From Tubulanus polymorphus (Eukaryota; Animalia; Nemertea): 64,000 nucleotides of DNA. Below, in pieces: positions 20,130-33,782 of the stretch; position 1 is the stretch's first letter, and each line of letters begins with the position of its first letter. Position numbers and translations under genes: made by a program. A model generated the notes under the pieces. That model worked only from the letters and a program-made list of their open reading frames with translations, did no database searches and was not told the origin of the DNA. Location of the stretch: positions 14,074,001 to 14,138,000 of the forward strand of contig NC_134025.1 of the NCBI RefSeq assembly GCF_964204645.1, in the 5' to 3' direction.

Positions 20130-22796
20130 TTGAAATTATTATATGAGCTTGATGATGGTGGTGGTGTCTGTTTGTATATAAAGAATAACATTCAATATAA
20201 AATCCTTACTGATTTATGTGTTTGTAATAATGTATATGAATCTTTATTCATTGAAATTAAGAATGTAGTTGTAGGCGTTGTATACAGGACGGGTCCTGAT
20301 ATCAACTCTTTTAACCAATCATTTATTGATAAACTTGAATCCTGGCCTTTGATTAGTAATCGTAAATTTTATATACTGGGTGACTTCAATATAAACCTCC
20401 TTGACTATAACGAAGACGCCCGAGTACAACATTTCTTTGATTCTATGTGCTCCTTATCATTTCTACCGCTAAATGATAAACCCACTCGAATAACTGAAAA
20501 CTCTCAGTCAGTCATAGATAATATTTTCACAAATGACATACCATTGAGTAAACATGTACCGGGTTTACTCACCTTTGACATTTCAGATCATTTGCCTGTT
20601 TTCGTATTTTCTGATATTACTACCTGTCAACCCACTAGAGACTCTTTTTTCAGGCGCCATTATCCTAAAAAATCTATTTTATTATTTTGTGATGCGCTTT
20701 CAAAAACTGACTGGGATCCAGTGCTTGGTGACCCTAATCCTGAGTCTTCATATACCGTGTTTTTATCTATGTACAAAGAATTATTCGATCATTTCTTTCC
20801 CCTCAAATTGTGTGAACAACCCTCGGCTCGAAATAAGGAAAATAACCATAAGTGGCTAACTCCAGGGCTTCTTATATCGATTAAACGTAAGAATTCCCTC
20901 TATAAAAAGTATTTGAAATCTCGTAACTCTGACGATAAATCTGAGTATACTATATATAATAATAAGCTTAAACACTTACTCAGATTCGCAAAGCGTTCGT
21001 ATTACGCTTCTTGCATTGATTTTTCTAAATCCAAGGTAAAGGATACATGGAACGTCATTAAAAAGACCTTAGCCTTGAAGGGCCCTCCAAAATTACCATC
21101 TGCCTTATTAGACTCCTCTGGTACTGTTATAAATAATTGTAAAGCTATTGCTAATCTATTTAATGATTATTTTAGTACTATAGGCTCCTCTATTGCTAGC
21201 GATGTACCGCAACCAGAACCCAATAGGGAAACACATGTAACTAACATATCTGATAATTTCTTTATGTTTCCGGTTACTGAAATAGAAATTCATGACATTG
21301 TTTCACAGTTTATAGGCAAAACTTCATCTGGATGGGATGAAATCCCTATGTTTATTTTTAAACAGTCTATCGAGCATATTTGCAAACCGTTAATGCATGT
21401 AATTAACAATTCATTTGTTACTGGTATTGTCCCATCGGGTATCAAAATGGCTAGGGTAGTCCCTGTTTATAAATCCGGTGTTATAAATAATGTGTCCAAT
21501 TACCGCCCCATTTCACTTTTACCAGCATTTTCAAAACTTTTTGAAAAAGCTGTTAGCAACAGGTTATCTTCTTTTATTGATAAACACAACATTCTCTCTT
21601 GTAACCAATTCGGTTTTCGAAAAGGTCTCTCCACGTCACATGCTTTAATCGCATTTACTAATTACATCACTGAGAATCTAGATAATGGAAAATTTACTGT
21701 TAGTATCATGCTTGATTTAAAAAAAGCATTTGACACTATTGATCATTCTATATTATTAGACAAGTTGTATAGTTACGGAATTCGAGGGGTTGCTCATTCA
21801 TGGTTCAAATCCTACCTCACTAACCGCTTACAGCAAGTGTCGTTCAAGAACTATTTATCTGATGTCAGTCCCATTCCTATAGGGGTACCTCAGGGTTCCA
21901 TCTTAGGGCCCTTGCTATTCATTTTGTTTGTTAATGACATCGTTTATTCTTGTAATTTAAACTTTTTACTATTTGCTGACGATACTACTGCCATTAACTC
22001 TCATTCCGATCTGAATATACTGCAATCAAATACTAATGTTGAGCTCACTAAACTGTTTAACTGGCTAAACTCCAATAGGCTATCTGCTAATCTGTTGAAA
22101 ACGAATTATATGCTTTTCCATAAAAAGATCAATATTCTTGATGATATCGACCTTGTAATGGGTAATGTTTCAATAACTAGAAACAGAGAAACAAAATTCC
22201 TTGGTGTAATAATTGATGACAGCCTAACATGGAACTCCCACATAAACAAGCTGTGCTCTATTGTTAGCAGAAATATTGGTGTATTAAGAAAAGCACGACG
22301 TATTTTTCCTAGATCCGCGCTCATCAAGTTATTCAACGGTTTCATCCTTCCGTATCTACAGTACTGTAATATCGTCTGGGCATCTAATTATGTAACTAGG
22401 TTACGACCCCTTATTTTGCTTCAAAAACGCGCTATTCGCATTGCTAGTGGGGTAAATTTTCTAGAACACACTACTCCACTGTTCAAAAAGTCGTATCAAC
22501 TCAAACTTCAAGACATCAATGTGTTCCAAAATTCTGTACTGATGTATAAATCTGTCCATGTGTTGCTGCCTGTCAAATTGTCCAATAGTTTAATTCGTAT
22601 TTCTGATCTTCATTCCCACAACACCCGTAACTCTAATCAATTTCGTTTACCTTATTACAGAACCAATATCAGGATGTTTTCTCCTAACATTAATTGTATT
22701 AGAGTCTGGAATTCTCTTCCAACTGAACTTCAGCAAGCATCCAACATCGATATATTCAAGCGGAATTTGAAAAGACATATAATAGGATTGTATTAA
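20130..22796 (+). CDS. CR1/L2-group LINE ORF2 (APE endonuclease + RT), 5'-truncated but open
   Basis: GGGVCLY, GDFNI, IDNIF, SDHLP, NYRPISLL, QFGFR, DLKKAFD, GVPQGSILGP, FADD; AATAAA + (TTA)n tail at 23000-23032. Confidence 0.92.
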   Translation: MKLLYELDDGGGVCLYIKNNIQYKILTDLCVCNNVYESLFIEIKNVVVGVVYRTGPDINSFNQSFIDKLESWPLISNRKFYILGDFNINLLDYNEDARVQHFFDSMCSLSFLPLNDKPTRITENSQSVIDNIFTNDIPLSKHVPGLLTFDISDHLPVFVFSDITTCQPTRDSFFRRHYPKKSILLFCDALSKTDWDPVLGDPNPESSYTVFLSMYKELFDHFFPLKLCEQPSARNKENNHKWLTPGLLISIKRKNSLYKKYLKSRNSDDKSEYTIYNNKLKHLLRFAKRSYYASCIDFSKSKVKDTWNVIKKTLALKGPPKLPSALLDSSGTVINNCKAIANLFNDYFSTIGSSIASDVPQPEPNRETHVTNISDNFFMFPVTEIEIHDIVSQFIGKTSSGWDEIPMFIFKQSIEHICKPLMHVINNSFVTGIVPSGIKMARVVPVYKSGVINNVSNYRPISLLPAFSKLFEKAVSNRLSSFIDKHNILSCNQFGFRKGLSTSHALIAFTNYITENLDNGKFTVSIMLDLKKAFDTIDHSILLDKLYSYGIRGVAHSWFKSYLTNRLQQVSFKNYLSDVSPIPIGVPQGSILGPLLFILFVNDIVYSCNLNFLLFADDTTAINSHSDLNILQSNTNVELTKLFNWLNSNRLSANLLKTNYMLFHKKINILDDIDLVMGNVSITRNRETKFLGVIIDDSLTWNSHINKLCSIVSRNIGVLRKARRIFPRSALIKLFNGFILPYLQYCNIVWASNYVTRLRPLILLQKRAIRIASGVNFLEHTTPLFKKSYQLKLQDINVFQNSVLMYKSVHVLLPVKLSNSLIRISDLHSHNTRNSNQFRLPYYRTNIRMFSPNINCIRVWNSLPTELQQASNIDIFKRNLKRHIIGLY

Positions 22797-23243
22797 TACT
22801 TATCATACTTGTGTTTAACATCATGTCCATCCATTCCGCCAGGGCATTAGGCTTTTTTTCATTAAAAGTATACCCCCCTTTGGGGTCCCTTTTTGTCCTT
22901 TTTCTTTACTACGCTTTACAGTGTAGAAGTACTTTCTGTAACTTTTCTTTTATGTAATAGTGATGACTGTATTTCTGTATTGTATCTCTTTAGTGAAGAA
23001 ATAAACTTATTATTATTATTATATTATTATTATATATCCGTGGAGTCACTCCAGGTGTACAGCTAAAATAAGTGTAGCTTGGTAGATGAATACATGTAAC
23101 ACGGATTCAAGGACATCGCTGCTCGCCTACTCTACGTTTGAATTAGATGAGCTCTTAATCATTGAAAAAAAAATCCGTACTTTTTCCACTCAAAATTCTT
23201 AAAAAACGGGTTATCGGCTATAGCGTCGCTGCCTGGTCGTGCG

Positions 23244-25915
23244 GTGTATGCGCGTTTCACGGGACCAGACGTGTTAGATGTAATCACAATCCGACGTGTA
23301 TTCTCGCAGTTTGGTATAGTCGAGACTGCCTTGCTCAACGGTTTGGATGCCTATGTACTTTTCATCAGTGCGGGTGCTGTACCACTGGCTTGCGTTACCA
23401 AGGTTGAGGTTAATGGGGCGGTGGTTGTTGTTGAAGCTGTTTCCTAAGATGAGGAAAGTATTATGCGACAGGTTGTTGCATTCAGGATATTCTACGGACG
23501 ATCGAGCATGGTATGTGGAATATGGTTCTGAGAAGAGTGTCTCCTGAGGTAAAATCTGACCTTTCACGTCTGGTTCTGTCTATGGTACAAAGCGTAAGTT
23601 GAAATTTGAGAAAGTACCCTTTGCGCCTGCCGTTACGCCTCGAGGCTTTACATTGTACGAGCCTCCAGAGCAGAAGAAGGATGATAACCGTATGGTACTT
23701 GGTACAAATCTTTGACTAAGTGTTTTTTTCTGGAGAAGCCAATAAAACGGATGTTACATATCAGCAATGGAGAAGCGAGGTACTGGGACTACAAGCTGAT
23801 GATATCTACTCGGATTGTCAGATACTGAATCAGGCTCGTCGATCATTGAAGTGCAGAAACCGAGATTGCCTGCTAAACCTCGAAGGTGAATATGGAGCTG
23901 AATTGTCGGTACCCATTGTGCTCAGTCGTCTGAACACGCTATTCGGTGAGTTTTTGACGTCGAAGCAGGTACTAGCTAACTTCAATACCGCAGAGCAGTA
24001 CAAAACAGAGTCTGTAAACATGTGGGCATGCCGTATCGAGGAAATTCGCGGCCATGCGCCTGGTATAATCAATGACGAGGAATTAAAGACTCAGTTTTGG
24101 ACTGGTTTGGCGTGACCACAGCTGAAATTGGGATTGCGGCAATTGTTGAACGAGGGGACGTATCAGGAGTTGGTCCTAGAGGCTCGGAAGCTCGAGCAGG
24201 AGTTTAAACTGCAGCCTAGGATGGATACCACTCTGGAGAAGCCAAAAAGAGCTGCTGCACCTTCTCAACTGATTAATGCGGGTGGTTCAGGCGATGTAGG
24301 AAAGACAATTCAGACTTTGACTGACATTATTGCGGACATGAAGAAGGGACTCAAACGTTTAAGTCAGCGTGTAGAATCTGGAATGGCTGATGATAATCAT
24401 TTGATTTCGTCAGCCTCTCGAGGTCGTACTAATCTACAAGGTGGTGCTTGGCGTGGATCCTCGAGACACAACCAGGCAGGCGGCTGGGACCGTCCAGCAT
24501 ACTCTGGGCGACAGCATACTTGTTTTGGATGCGGAAGTGTTGAACACTTCAAGAAAGACTGCCCGGGACAGGGAAACCAGCGGGAGACTGGCCTCGAGGG
24601 CGGAAGTCAGGCCGGACACAATTAATCGGCCCTGCAAATGAGGAAGACATAGAGGTGGATGGACGTCCGACTAGAGAGGTTTGAATGGAAGTAGTTAGAT
24701 GGTGACGACCATGGCGTTGGGGTATTTGAAAACCAATCACCCTGGGGTTAATGTGTATCCCTAGGAAGATGAGTCGATTCAGCTGTACAGTGCTTGTGGG
24801 GGTGAATTGCCGTATTTCGGATGCGCTGAAGTTGACATACAATTTCGTGGTGTTAACATTCCTACTCCCGTTATGATCGTCGCGGACACGGAGTACTGTA
24901 GAAAGGTGCATGTTGTGATAGGAACTAATCTACTGAAGCAGTTCAAGAGGATTACTGGTAGAGCTTCTTCGTTCTCACATGGGAATAAGGAGACGTCAGC
25001 GGTGGCTGACCTGCGTACCACCGTTGCTGCCACTGTTCCATCTATGTCGCAGGTTTTTTTGAAAAGAGTTGCCAGAGGATTAGGTCGTTATTCGGGTCAG
25101 ACTATGACTTGCTTTTCTGAGAATATGTCACTACCAGGAACCTTACAGCTCGTGCGTACTGTTTCAAAGATAACTCCTGTATCCTGTCATCGAATTGTAG
25201 TTTTATTAGAAATGTGGGTGTGCGTCCGGCCACTTTTCCGGTCCGTACTGCTGTGTGTATGGCTGAAACAGTGGAGACGGTAAAGCCAGTATTGAAGGAC
25301 CAGGTAACCCTACTAAGACTCAGACAAAGGATAGGGCACGGGGAGGATGACAAGTTCCTGGGCTTGTTTAAGTGGGATCATATGGACGCCACTGCCGACC
25401 AGATATTCGGCTACAGGATACTCTCAGGAAGTATCGGAGTATATTCTCCTTGGATGATTTCGACAATGGTAGAGCTACGACACTGAAACATGAAATTAAT
25501 CTAGTGGACGATGTACCCTTTAAGGAACGTTATAGGCATATACCCCCTTCATTGATTTAGGAGGTAAGAATAGGGGGCTAGGGAACATTTAGAAATGATG
25601 GCGTCGGCAGGCATTACACGCCAGTCATATTCTCCGCATAGTTCACCCGTAGTCTTGGTCAGAAAGAAAGACGGAGGACTCAGATTATGTGTGGATTATC
25701 GCAACCTGAATTGGAAAACCATCAAGCATCCACCAGAGGATTTGATAGAGTCTGTCGCGGGAGCAAGGTACTTCACCTGTCTGGATTTGAAGTCGGGCTA
25801 TTGGCAGGTAGAATTGAAGAAGACCGACAAGGAGAAGACTGCGTTTAACGTTGGACCTGGATACGGCTTTTGGGAATTTAACGTGATGCCTTTCGACCTC
25901 ACGAATGCCCTCACG
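23244..25915 (+). pseudogene. Decayed Ty3/Gypsy gag-pol (PNMA-type gag, CCHC knuckle, protease, partial RT)
   Basis: FSGE..YQQW, CFGCGSVEHFKKDC, VVIGTNLL, PFKERYRHIP, SPVVLVRKKDGGLRLCVDYR, LDLKSGYWQV, KTAF, FNVMPF; no LTRs recognised. Confidence 0.88.
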
Positions 25916-27129
25916 ACTGGATTCTGGTCGGCTTGTAACGACTCCAACGACTCGTAAGGTCAAGGGGTTCGGGGAACAGCTTTAGCGTAGTGGGTTCGAA
26001 TCCCTTGACGGGTGAAGATGTGCATTACCAAAGAATGTAACGAAGTCACGATAAATTGGGTTCAGTAACCGCAATGAGTTTTTACATTATAAAGAAATAT
26101 CATCTATCATCCACTGTTTATGACTTAATTCCAATTCTTCCAATCTAGGGGTCCAAGGGATAGAAGGGGTTATAGAAGCTCGTGAGCTTTGGAGTTTGTC
26201 AAAGCTTGTCTTTTTAAATTTTTACTTACAGCGAATACTTACATACATGTAAATACTTACAAATCCTGACCTTCCAAAAACTTTGTTGATAAAAATATCA
26301 CTCAGTACTTCGATGCGAAAATAATTCATTCAATTTTTCATGGTTGCATGTGGATGGTGAAAATTGGTTTGTGTGAACCATGAACATTAATTAATACACA
26401 CTGAGTGCTAATTTGTCAAATTAATCTAGTCAAATATCAAAGGGCTACAAATTGGAGGAACTACATGTGTATAACAACAAACACAAATGACAATTTTAGT
26501 GGTAAAGGGTGCGTGCGTTGACCATTTGGAATGAACAGAAGTGAACATTCTTTTTCAAGATGAAAAATGTGACTCAAAACAATCAAGAGTACGAGTATAT
26601 AGCGTGCACAGCAGAGGAACGTGGTTCGAGGAACATAGTACAGAAAGATAAATTTTGTTTTAATAGCCTTTATTAAGCATGCATGCCTTACTCCCATTAA
26701 AATCCATCACCGGTATTGCTAAACACATTCAAGAGTATAATAGATAGCGTGCACAGCAGCAGAACAAGGTGCAGAAATAATTTTGTATAAATGCCTTTGC
26801 ATTAAGCATCCATGCATACCTAATCGTTTATTAAGATCCATTATTCCTACTAAAAATATAAGATATACCATTGAGATTATGAATTAACATCATTTTCGAA
26901 GTCAGAATACTAGTTAGTTATATTTCCTACTCCGAAGTCGAAATTAATTGAACCCTGTCAACTGTAGTGTGCTAGCGTTTAAGTTCTAGAGAAGAGAATT
27001 CAGTAGTAAAACTTAGGGTTGTTTCTCTTCTGATAGGGTTGGATTGAAAGACAGGTTGATAGGGTTGAAAGAAAGTATATAAAGTATACCAATTTTTATA
27101 AATTTCAGTTTATCTTACAGTTTTTGCAT

Positions 27130-28600
27130 ACATACTTTTACACAAAATTTTACACAACTATAGTGAAACCATTGGTTACAACTACTACATTCGATCATTT
27201 GTGAACCCTGAATGTGCATTTGACAGCTACGGTACAATAACACGACACGATATAGACTCTTGACATTTTTTCTAGGTTTCTCTTTCTACGAATGTGTGGA
27301 AACATTTTAATGCTACAATCGATAAAGCAAGGATGCAAATGTTTCCTCATTTAATTCTGCAGGAAACTGAAATCATGTGGATCATGGCCCAGACAGACAG
27401 CATTGGCAATAGCAAAAAACCACAGTCAGATGATGCCATTTGATCTTAGGGGTTAAAAAACTAACAGAAATTAATCCATCAGGTCCCCTAGAAAAATTTG
27501 GAAAAAAACATTGATTTCGCAGTGGAGAAATCGTGGAGACAGAGAGTCATAAATTGAAATACTACCACCGAAGTTGAAACAACCCAGCGATTACCAACAG
27601 GTGGATTTGTATTGCTTCCCCCGCAACAGGAGCATCAAAATCTCTCACTGAGAAGAATAGTTTCATTGAACCCATCAATAAACGGAGCTTCTATTTTCAT
27701 TGTGAGCAGCGGCTATATGCTTGCTATTCAGCCAACTGGCATCTAAAAGTTCAGTTTCATTATCTGTATCCAGACTTACATCATCTATATCAACCCATTT
27801 ATTGGGGATGAGTAGCTACACTGTACTGACATCATCATTCAAATGAGTTTTGCTTGTACTGGATATATCACAATATTCCGAAAAATTGTTATTAGATATA
27901 GATTGCTGTTGAACTTTGGTAATACTAACTCCAACATGTTCCTTTAACATGTCAGCCTACTTACCATAACGGTGCACAAATGCAGGTTTCTTTGGGGGTC
28001 TTTTTAATGTGAGAGTTTGTGTGGAAGATTTTTTTCTGAAGATTTTTGAACCAAGGGCAAGCAGCCATCCTTTGGTATATGAACTGCCAAATGGTCTATG
28101 ATTGATGACAACCCATCATCAAACTCAGTGATGACTTCATTATTATCAATCAAATATATGTAATCAATTAAACTTTGTAATTTTGAAATACATGAATTTG
28201 TTGCTTTCGTTTTGGTAGAGTGTATTCTTGCAGGCAAGATATTCAACTCAGAGGTTTCACACGGATGTGTCTCAATCTCAGTCTGTCGGGTGATCACTTA
28301 CTGGTACATGTACATCTAATGATTCAACATTCCTTGAAACTTTACCTTTGTATAGTTCATTTTTTACATCTTTGACAATTCTTTCATCAAGATAAAATAT
28401 AGGATAACATTTGTTATCGTCACTTAGTTTTTCCCATGAAAATTCTGGAATAAGTCTTAATATTGAGCACATGTGCTTGCATGGAAGGAGATTCAATCTC
28501 CAGTCTTTACATGTACAAGAAGTGAGCAAAAGATCCAAAGAGTACAGTATAGTACTGGTTTCCACTCTTTAGATTATAGGTGCGGTCAGTTACCTTTTCT
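27130..28600 (-). pseudogene. MULE-associated remnant: SWIM finger, Ulp1-like protease, PHD finger
   Basis: SCTCKDW..PCKH (SWIM); hand translation gives SDCG/FAIANA..DP..MRKHL..CF (~27290-27445) and MIECSSCNQWFHYSCV (~27150-27200). Confidence 0.6.
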
Positions 28601-30183
28601 ATGTTGGTTAAATCGAATGGATACTGAAGTCTATTTGTAATATGATCAACGAGAAATCGGGTTCTGTCAGTGAAATAGTTTGGTGTGTCCTCTGCATTTT
28701 ACAATAAGTGCTTGAGTAAAACACATTCAATGTAACATACCTAAAAAGAAAAGGATACTTTAATATCATGGAACATGGGGGAAAGAGAAAGTTATTGAGC
28801 AGTAATGCACCCGAATCATAAATCCCGTGCATGACAAACCTTTAGGATAATCATAGATATTCTTAATCAGGTTCAATAACTTTTTAATAGCATATACTTA
28901 CTTTCTATAGGAATCAGGTAGAAATAATTTCCAAGACTTTTGATCATTTAGAAAAATCGGTTACAATAAAGTAATCAATTGGGCCATCCACTACATTGTC
29001 ATGATTATAAGAAAATTGGGCCCGCAGGGCCGTTAGAGGCTGGGCAACTGAGTCGGTTTCACGCGAGCGTAACAGTAAACACGAAGTTTTTTTAGAAAGA
29101 TATGTTGAATAAAGATATGTCAATATCTATATATACATATAGTAACTTGTTGTTTTGTCAAGAGATGCATTTGTTAGTCGTGTTTGTAAAGTAATTAGTC
29201 AAATATTCTTTCTGTCTTTGTTTATGGCATGTTGTTGCTCAAATTGTCTACTCAGTGTCTGTCACCTTTGTTTTTCATACCTAAGTTTTTGTTACTATGC
29301 AGGAATATATAAATATATGTAAGAGTCAGTTGGGATAGAATAAGAGACACGACACACACTTTTAGTGGGCAGTTTGTACTGAGCAGTTGTTGCGGTCGGA
29401 AGCCGACCAAGCATATGAAAATATTTTATCAAGATGGAATTGATGACTTTGGATTTATTTTGACGAGCTAGTTCCCGAGTGCACTGAGAATGCTAGTTGT
29501 TACAATTGGTGGAGAACCCGGGCAAATTGTCCGATGATAGTTAGTTCACCGATCGACGTTGTTTTCAACTTAGACTGGGATAATGAGCATTTGTCTGTGG
29601 ATATTTTACAACCGGAGCGACTAGACACATCAAAGCTACTTCGTGAGTTACCCAGTTTTTAGCGCGATTGAGCTGGATCTCAATTTCGAAGAAATCCCAA
29701 ATCATGTTACTGATCAGTGCATCTTAGTAGATATTGTGTATTCTGCCGAGGAATCCGCAGCCGATATTTCTATTCTCGATGCGAAAATTCAAAATTTGTG
29801 TTCCGTTTGCGATCGATTAAAAAGACATAACTTTTCGGAATAAAAGGAATGGTGTCGTGATTGATTTGATGCTCATTAATTTTTTGGATACGATCGCGAC
29901 CACCTCTAAAGCGATATTGAGATGGCAAATGTGCCAGTAGATTAGTCAATATTTCAATGTCAAATGCCTTGTTTCACATGTATTGTGAAATACCACGTAC
30001 CCCTGTGTCTGTTTTTGTTTTCATATTATATATACCTTAGATCTCTTAAGCAATTTGAGCACTTATGTCTAGTATTGTGGTTTTTGTTGATTGTGTAATT
30101 GTTTTTATGTTCATCGTGTAATTTGTCATATATTATGTAGAACATGTTTTCTAGATAAGATGAGATTCCGAGTAATAAGTTCT

Positions 30184-30560
30184 AAATGATTTTGTAACGT
30201 TGTTGGGCTTTATAGTCAACAAGTATTGTTACGTTCGAGATACGGTTTTTTAAAATGATTTTGTAACGTTGTTGGGCTTTATAGTCAACAAGTATTGTTA
30301 CGTTCGAGATACGTTTTTTTAATGATTCTGTAACGTTGTTGGGCCTTATAGTCAACAAGTATTGTTACGTTCGAGATACGTTTCTCTATGATTCTGTAAC
30401 GTTGTTGGGCTTTATAGTCAACAAGTATTGCTACGTTCGAGATACGGTTTTTTAAATGATTTTGTTACGTTGTTGGGCTTTATAGTCAGCAAGTATTGTT
30501 ACGTTCGAGATATGGTAATTTTTTAAATTTTTAACGTTGTTGCGCTTGGTCAACAAGTAT
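30184..30560 (+). repeat. ~69-bp minisatellite, ~5.5 copies
   Basis: aatgattttgtaacgttgttgggctttatagtcaacaagtattgttacgttcgagatacggttttt. Confidence 0.93.
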
Positions 30561-30657
30561 GGTTGGATACTAAAAACATAAAAACCCACTATCTACAGAT
30601 TAAAAGAATTTAAAATAAAGAATTTATTTATTCAAGCAATCTAAAATATATAATAAA

Positions 30658-30697
30658 CACGACATTCCGATCTCACCCTAGAGATCGTCGTCAGGTG
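30658..30697 (-). ncRNA. Degenerate hammerhead ribozyme in a solo Penelope pLTR fragment (~30600-30883)
   Basis: cac CUGACGA c gaucuc-uagggu-gagauc GGAA uguc gug (GAAA to GGAA); local inverted repeat 30717-30754 / 30828-30883. Confidence 0.5.
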
Positions 30698-32764
30698 CGA
30701 GCTATAGACTAAAAACAGGGGTATATATACAGAGGAGAACAGGTTAAATTAGTAAATTGGTGAGTGAGTAAGGAATTAATGTTTGGCAAGGCATGAAGTA
30801 ATATACTATTTAGCTAAATATATAATATACTAATTAACCTGTTCTCCTATGTATACGTATATACCCTCTGTATACATACCCCCGCTCACACACGGCGTTA
30901 AAACACAAATTTCGTATCCATGTTTTCGAAGCTTCTCTTTTCGATTTGATGCATATCAGAGCTCTTACTATATCATTTTACCCACAATTACCCAGAAAAT
31001 GCCTTCAAACCATGTTTGAACTGCCCTATTGTGAAAAAGAATCAGAGGTTGAGGCAATATATCAATGAATATCCAAAGCTGGATGTCGACTGCTATAGTA
31101 AAGAGAGCTATTTGGATTTTGAGTAGTTTATTTAAAATTTATAATCATATTACCTTATGTTAATTATAATGATATCGTCATGAAAGTTTTTCATTGTATC
31201 ATTTCATCAGTTTAGTTCATAAATATGGAAATGAAAAATGACACTAAAAAAATTACAAAATTTATTTGAATACATACATTTTATCAAGCCAGAAACGTTA
31301 AGAAAAAAGATATTCACCGAAATCAGGTGGTGTTACATACACGTAGTTTATTGTAAAAAAAAACTCTCAAAAAACCAGGGAAAACAGATATCTGCCCTCA
31401 CTAGCGTTGTCTTTTCATCTCTGCGTGGTGAAATATTATCAAATCAAATTACGGGTACGTTAATCCAAATTGATTCTGTCGAAAATTCCTAAATCATAAA
31501 AAAACAGATATACGCACAAACGTCATAGTCTTAGCAATGAATGTAGTTTTCTTCAAATTGTTTTGCCCTACTGAAAATGTATTTACCTCAAATACTTTAT
31601 TGGCAAAAACTCTCGAATCCCTAAGAAAATCGGATGTACGACCGAATGATGTATCTAACGTGAGAAATGCTGTTTGTTTCCTACAAAATCTCAGCGCGTG
31701 GCGAAATTATGGATATCATGTACATACAATTGTACAAAGAATACTCGTTTCAAATGATACTGTTATTTACTGGATATCCCTGGTAATGTCGTGAAATTGA
31801 TAACCGTAGTTGGAATTAAGCATTGCAGCAAGACCCTAAACATTTACATAAACTGAAAACATCTTAACCCTTTCAATTTGCATGAACAGCGTCTAGATCC
31901 ACATTTACCCTCATCTTTCACACAACCACAACCTTTCAATTCAATGATTTTTTCAACATCAGCCTTATCTTCAACGAAGCTTGGGACAAGATTTAATCCC
32001 TCTTTCATTCATCCAGATTCTGAGGGTAAGGGTATTGGTGGCGATGGAATATGTGATTACTTCCAAATATAGCACTGGTAATTGGCCAGTAATAGGGGTT
32101 TAGTTGGTTCAGGCCAAAGGTCGAACGGTCGAGCTCAAATTCTATCAGTGATAAGGGTAATTCTAAATTATGTAAATTATGTGGGATGGATAGAGATATT
32201 TCATATAGAGTAAAAAATAGGATAATGAGTAAAAATACACGTTTAAATCAAAAAAATAAATACCGTAAAATATCAAATGATATAATATATGAAAAAAGAA
32301 ATATGGATGACAAAATCTTAGATTAATATTAGGTGTAGATGTTGTAACATTATCTTCTATTTTAGTTTTAATGTTATCTTCTATTTTACTTACTTTATAT
32401 TTAAATTGATTAAAGTATTATCCAAAATATTTACTATATTCAGAATTAGGTAATACATAATATATATCTGATGTAATTTCACCTTCCATTGTTAGGTAGA
32501 TTTATTTTTTCTTTATATTATCTTTTCATTATAGAAATAATATGATATATCATTTATTATATAAAAGATAAGATGAATAATTATTTTATAAACCAATCAC
32601 ATTTTTTCTCTATCACTATTCATCCTTAGTTTATTTATAAAAATATATTTATTTATTATATCTATTTTTCATCAATAATAAGAATAATTATTGATATTAA
32701 TATTTATTCTCATAATAATAATTATATTTATCTTCAGTTTATTTATAAAAATATACAATAAATG

Positions 32765-33617
32765 TTTTATAATAATTTCTCTTCTAATACATTTATAAAA
32801 TCTTCTTTATTTATATCCATATTCTTAGTATGTGGTACATTTATTAATCTTATTTCATCTTCCAATTCATCTTCATAATAACTTAATCCAGCTTTCCTTC
32901 TTAATTTTTCAAAGTAATTATTAGGTATAAAACCAGTAAACATAAATCCAAAATAACTTCTTCAAAAAGTGAACTCTTTATTTTTATCATATGCATATTT
33001 ATATATTTGTCCAGGGTTATCTTCTGCATAAGCTATAAATTTATTAAATAATAACTTAAAGAATATATAATGTTGTTCACTTTCAAAATTAAAAATATTG
33101 GAGACATTTCTTTGGATAATATAATATTGATATCATCCCAAACTTTTTATAAACATTAATTAAATGTGATTTTGATTCATAATGGGTATATCTATCAACA
33201 GGATCAATATCTTTACTACAAGATTAACATGTTAATTGTAATACATTATTAATATGACACATAGATATTTCATGTATAGACAGATTCTTTGTTAAAAGTT
33301 AAGGAATCTAAATTACATACGTTACAATATATCCTAAAATTATCAATTATTTCATCACCGTTTATATCGTTAGTTTTAATTGGGATATAATTATTTGATT
33401 TAATACTATATGTAGAGGGTTTATCATAAGATTTAGATGCTATTATATCTTCTATTTTAGTTTCAATATTATTTTTTATATAATTTATTTTACATTTATA
33501 TTTATTATAATACTTTCCAAAATGTTTACTATATTCATTATAAGGTAGGATATAATATAGGTTTCTATCTGATTTTATTTTACTAGATGCTTCTATTTTA
33601 TATATCCCACCTTCCAT
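32765..33617 (-). pseudogene. Zinc-finger protein pseudogene (partial second copy of its 5' end at ~32311-32489)
   Basis: ORF 33270..33617 continues in another frame: CNVC..HEISMCH, then C*SCSKDIDPVDRYTHYESKSH; the MEG..YY(I/V)LP..EYSK(H/Y)FG start and ~50 bp of upstream DNA are duplicated. Confidence 0.6.
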
Positions 33618-33782
33618 TGTTAGGTAGATATATTTTTTCTTTATATTATCTTTTCATTATAGAAATATAGAAACTCACTACTTTAGTTAACCCTCACTAC
33701 TTTAGTTAATAAGAGCGGAGCTTATTTAAGTCCTAGGTTAGTCATTTCGGATACTCGTTTCTATATTTTACCCTTTTACTTT

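Noticed and set aside
25920-26030. tRNA gene
   Set aside because: Only a B-box-like GGTTCGAATCC; no cloverleaf; at most a SINE fragment
30184-30560. CRISPR-like array
   Set aside because: Head-to-tail units with no spacers
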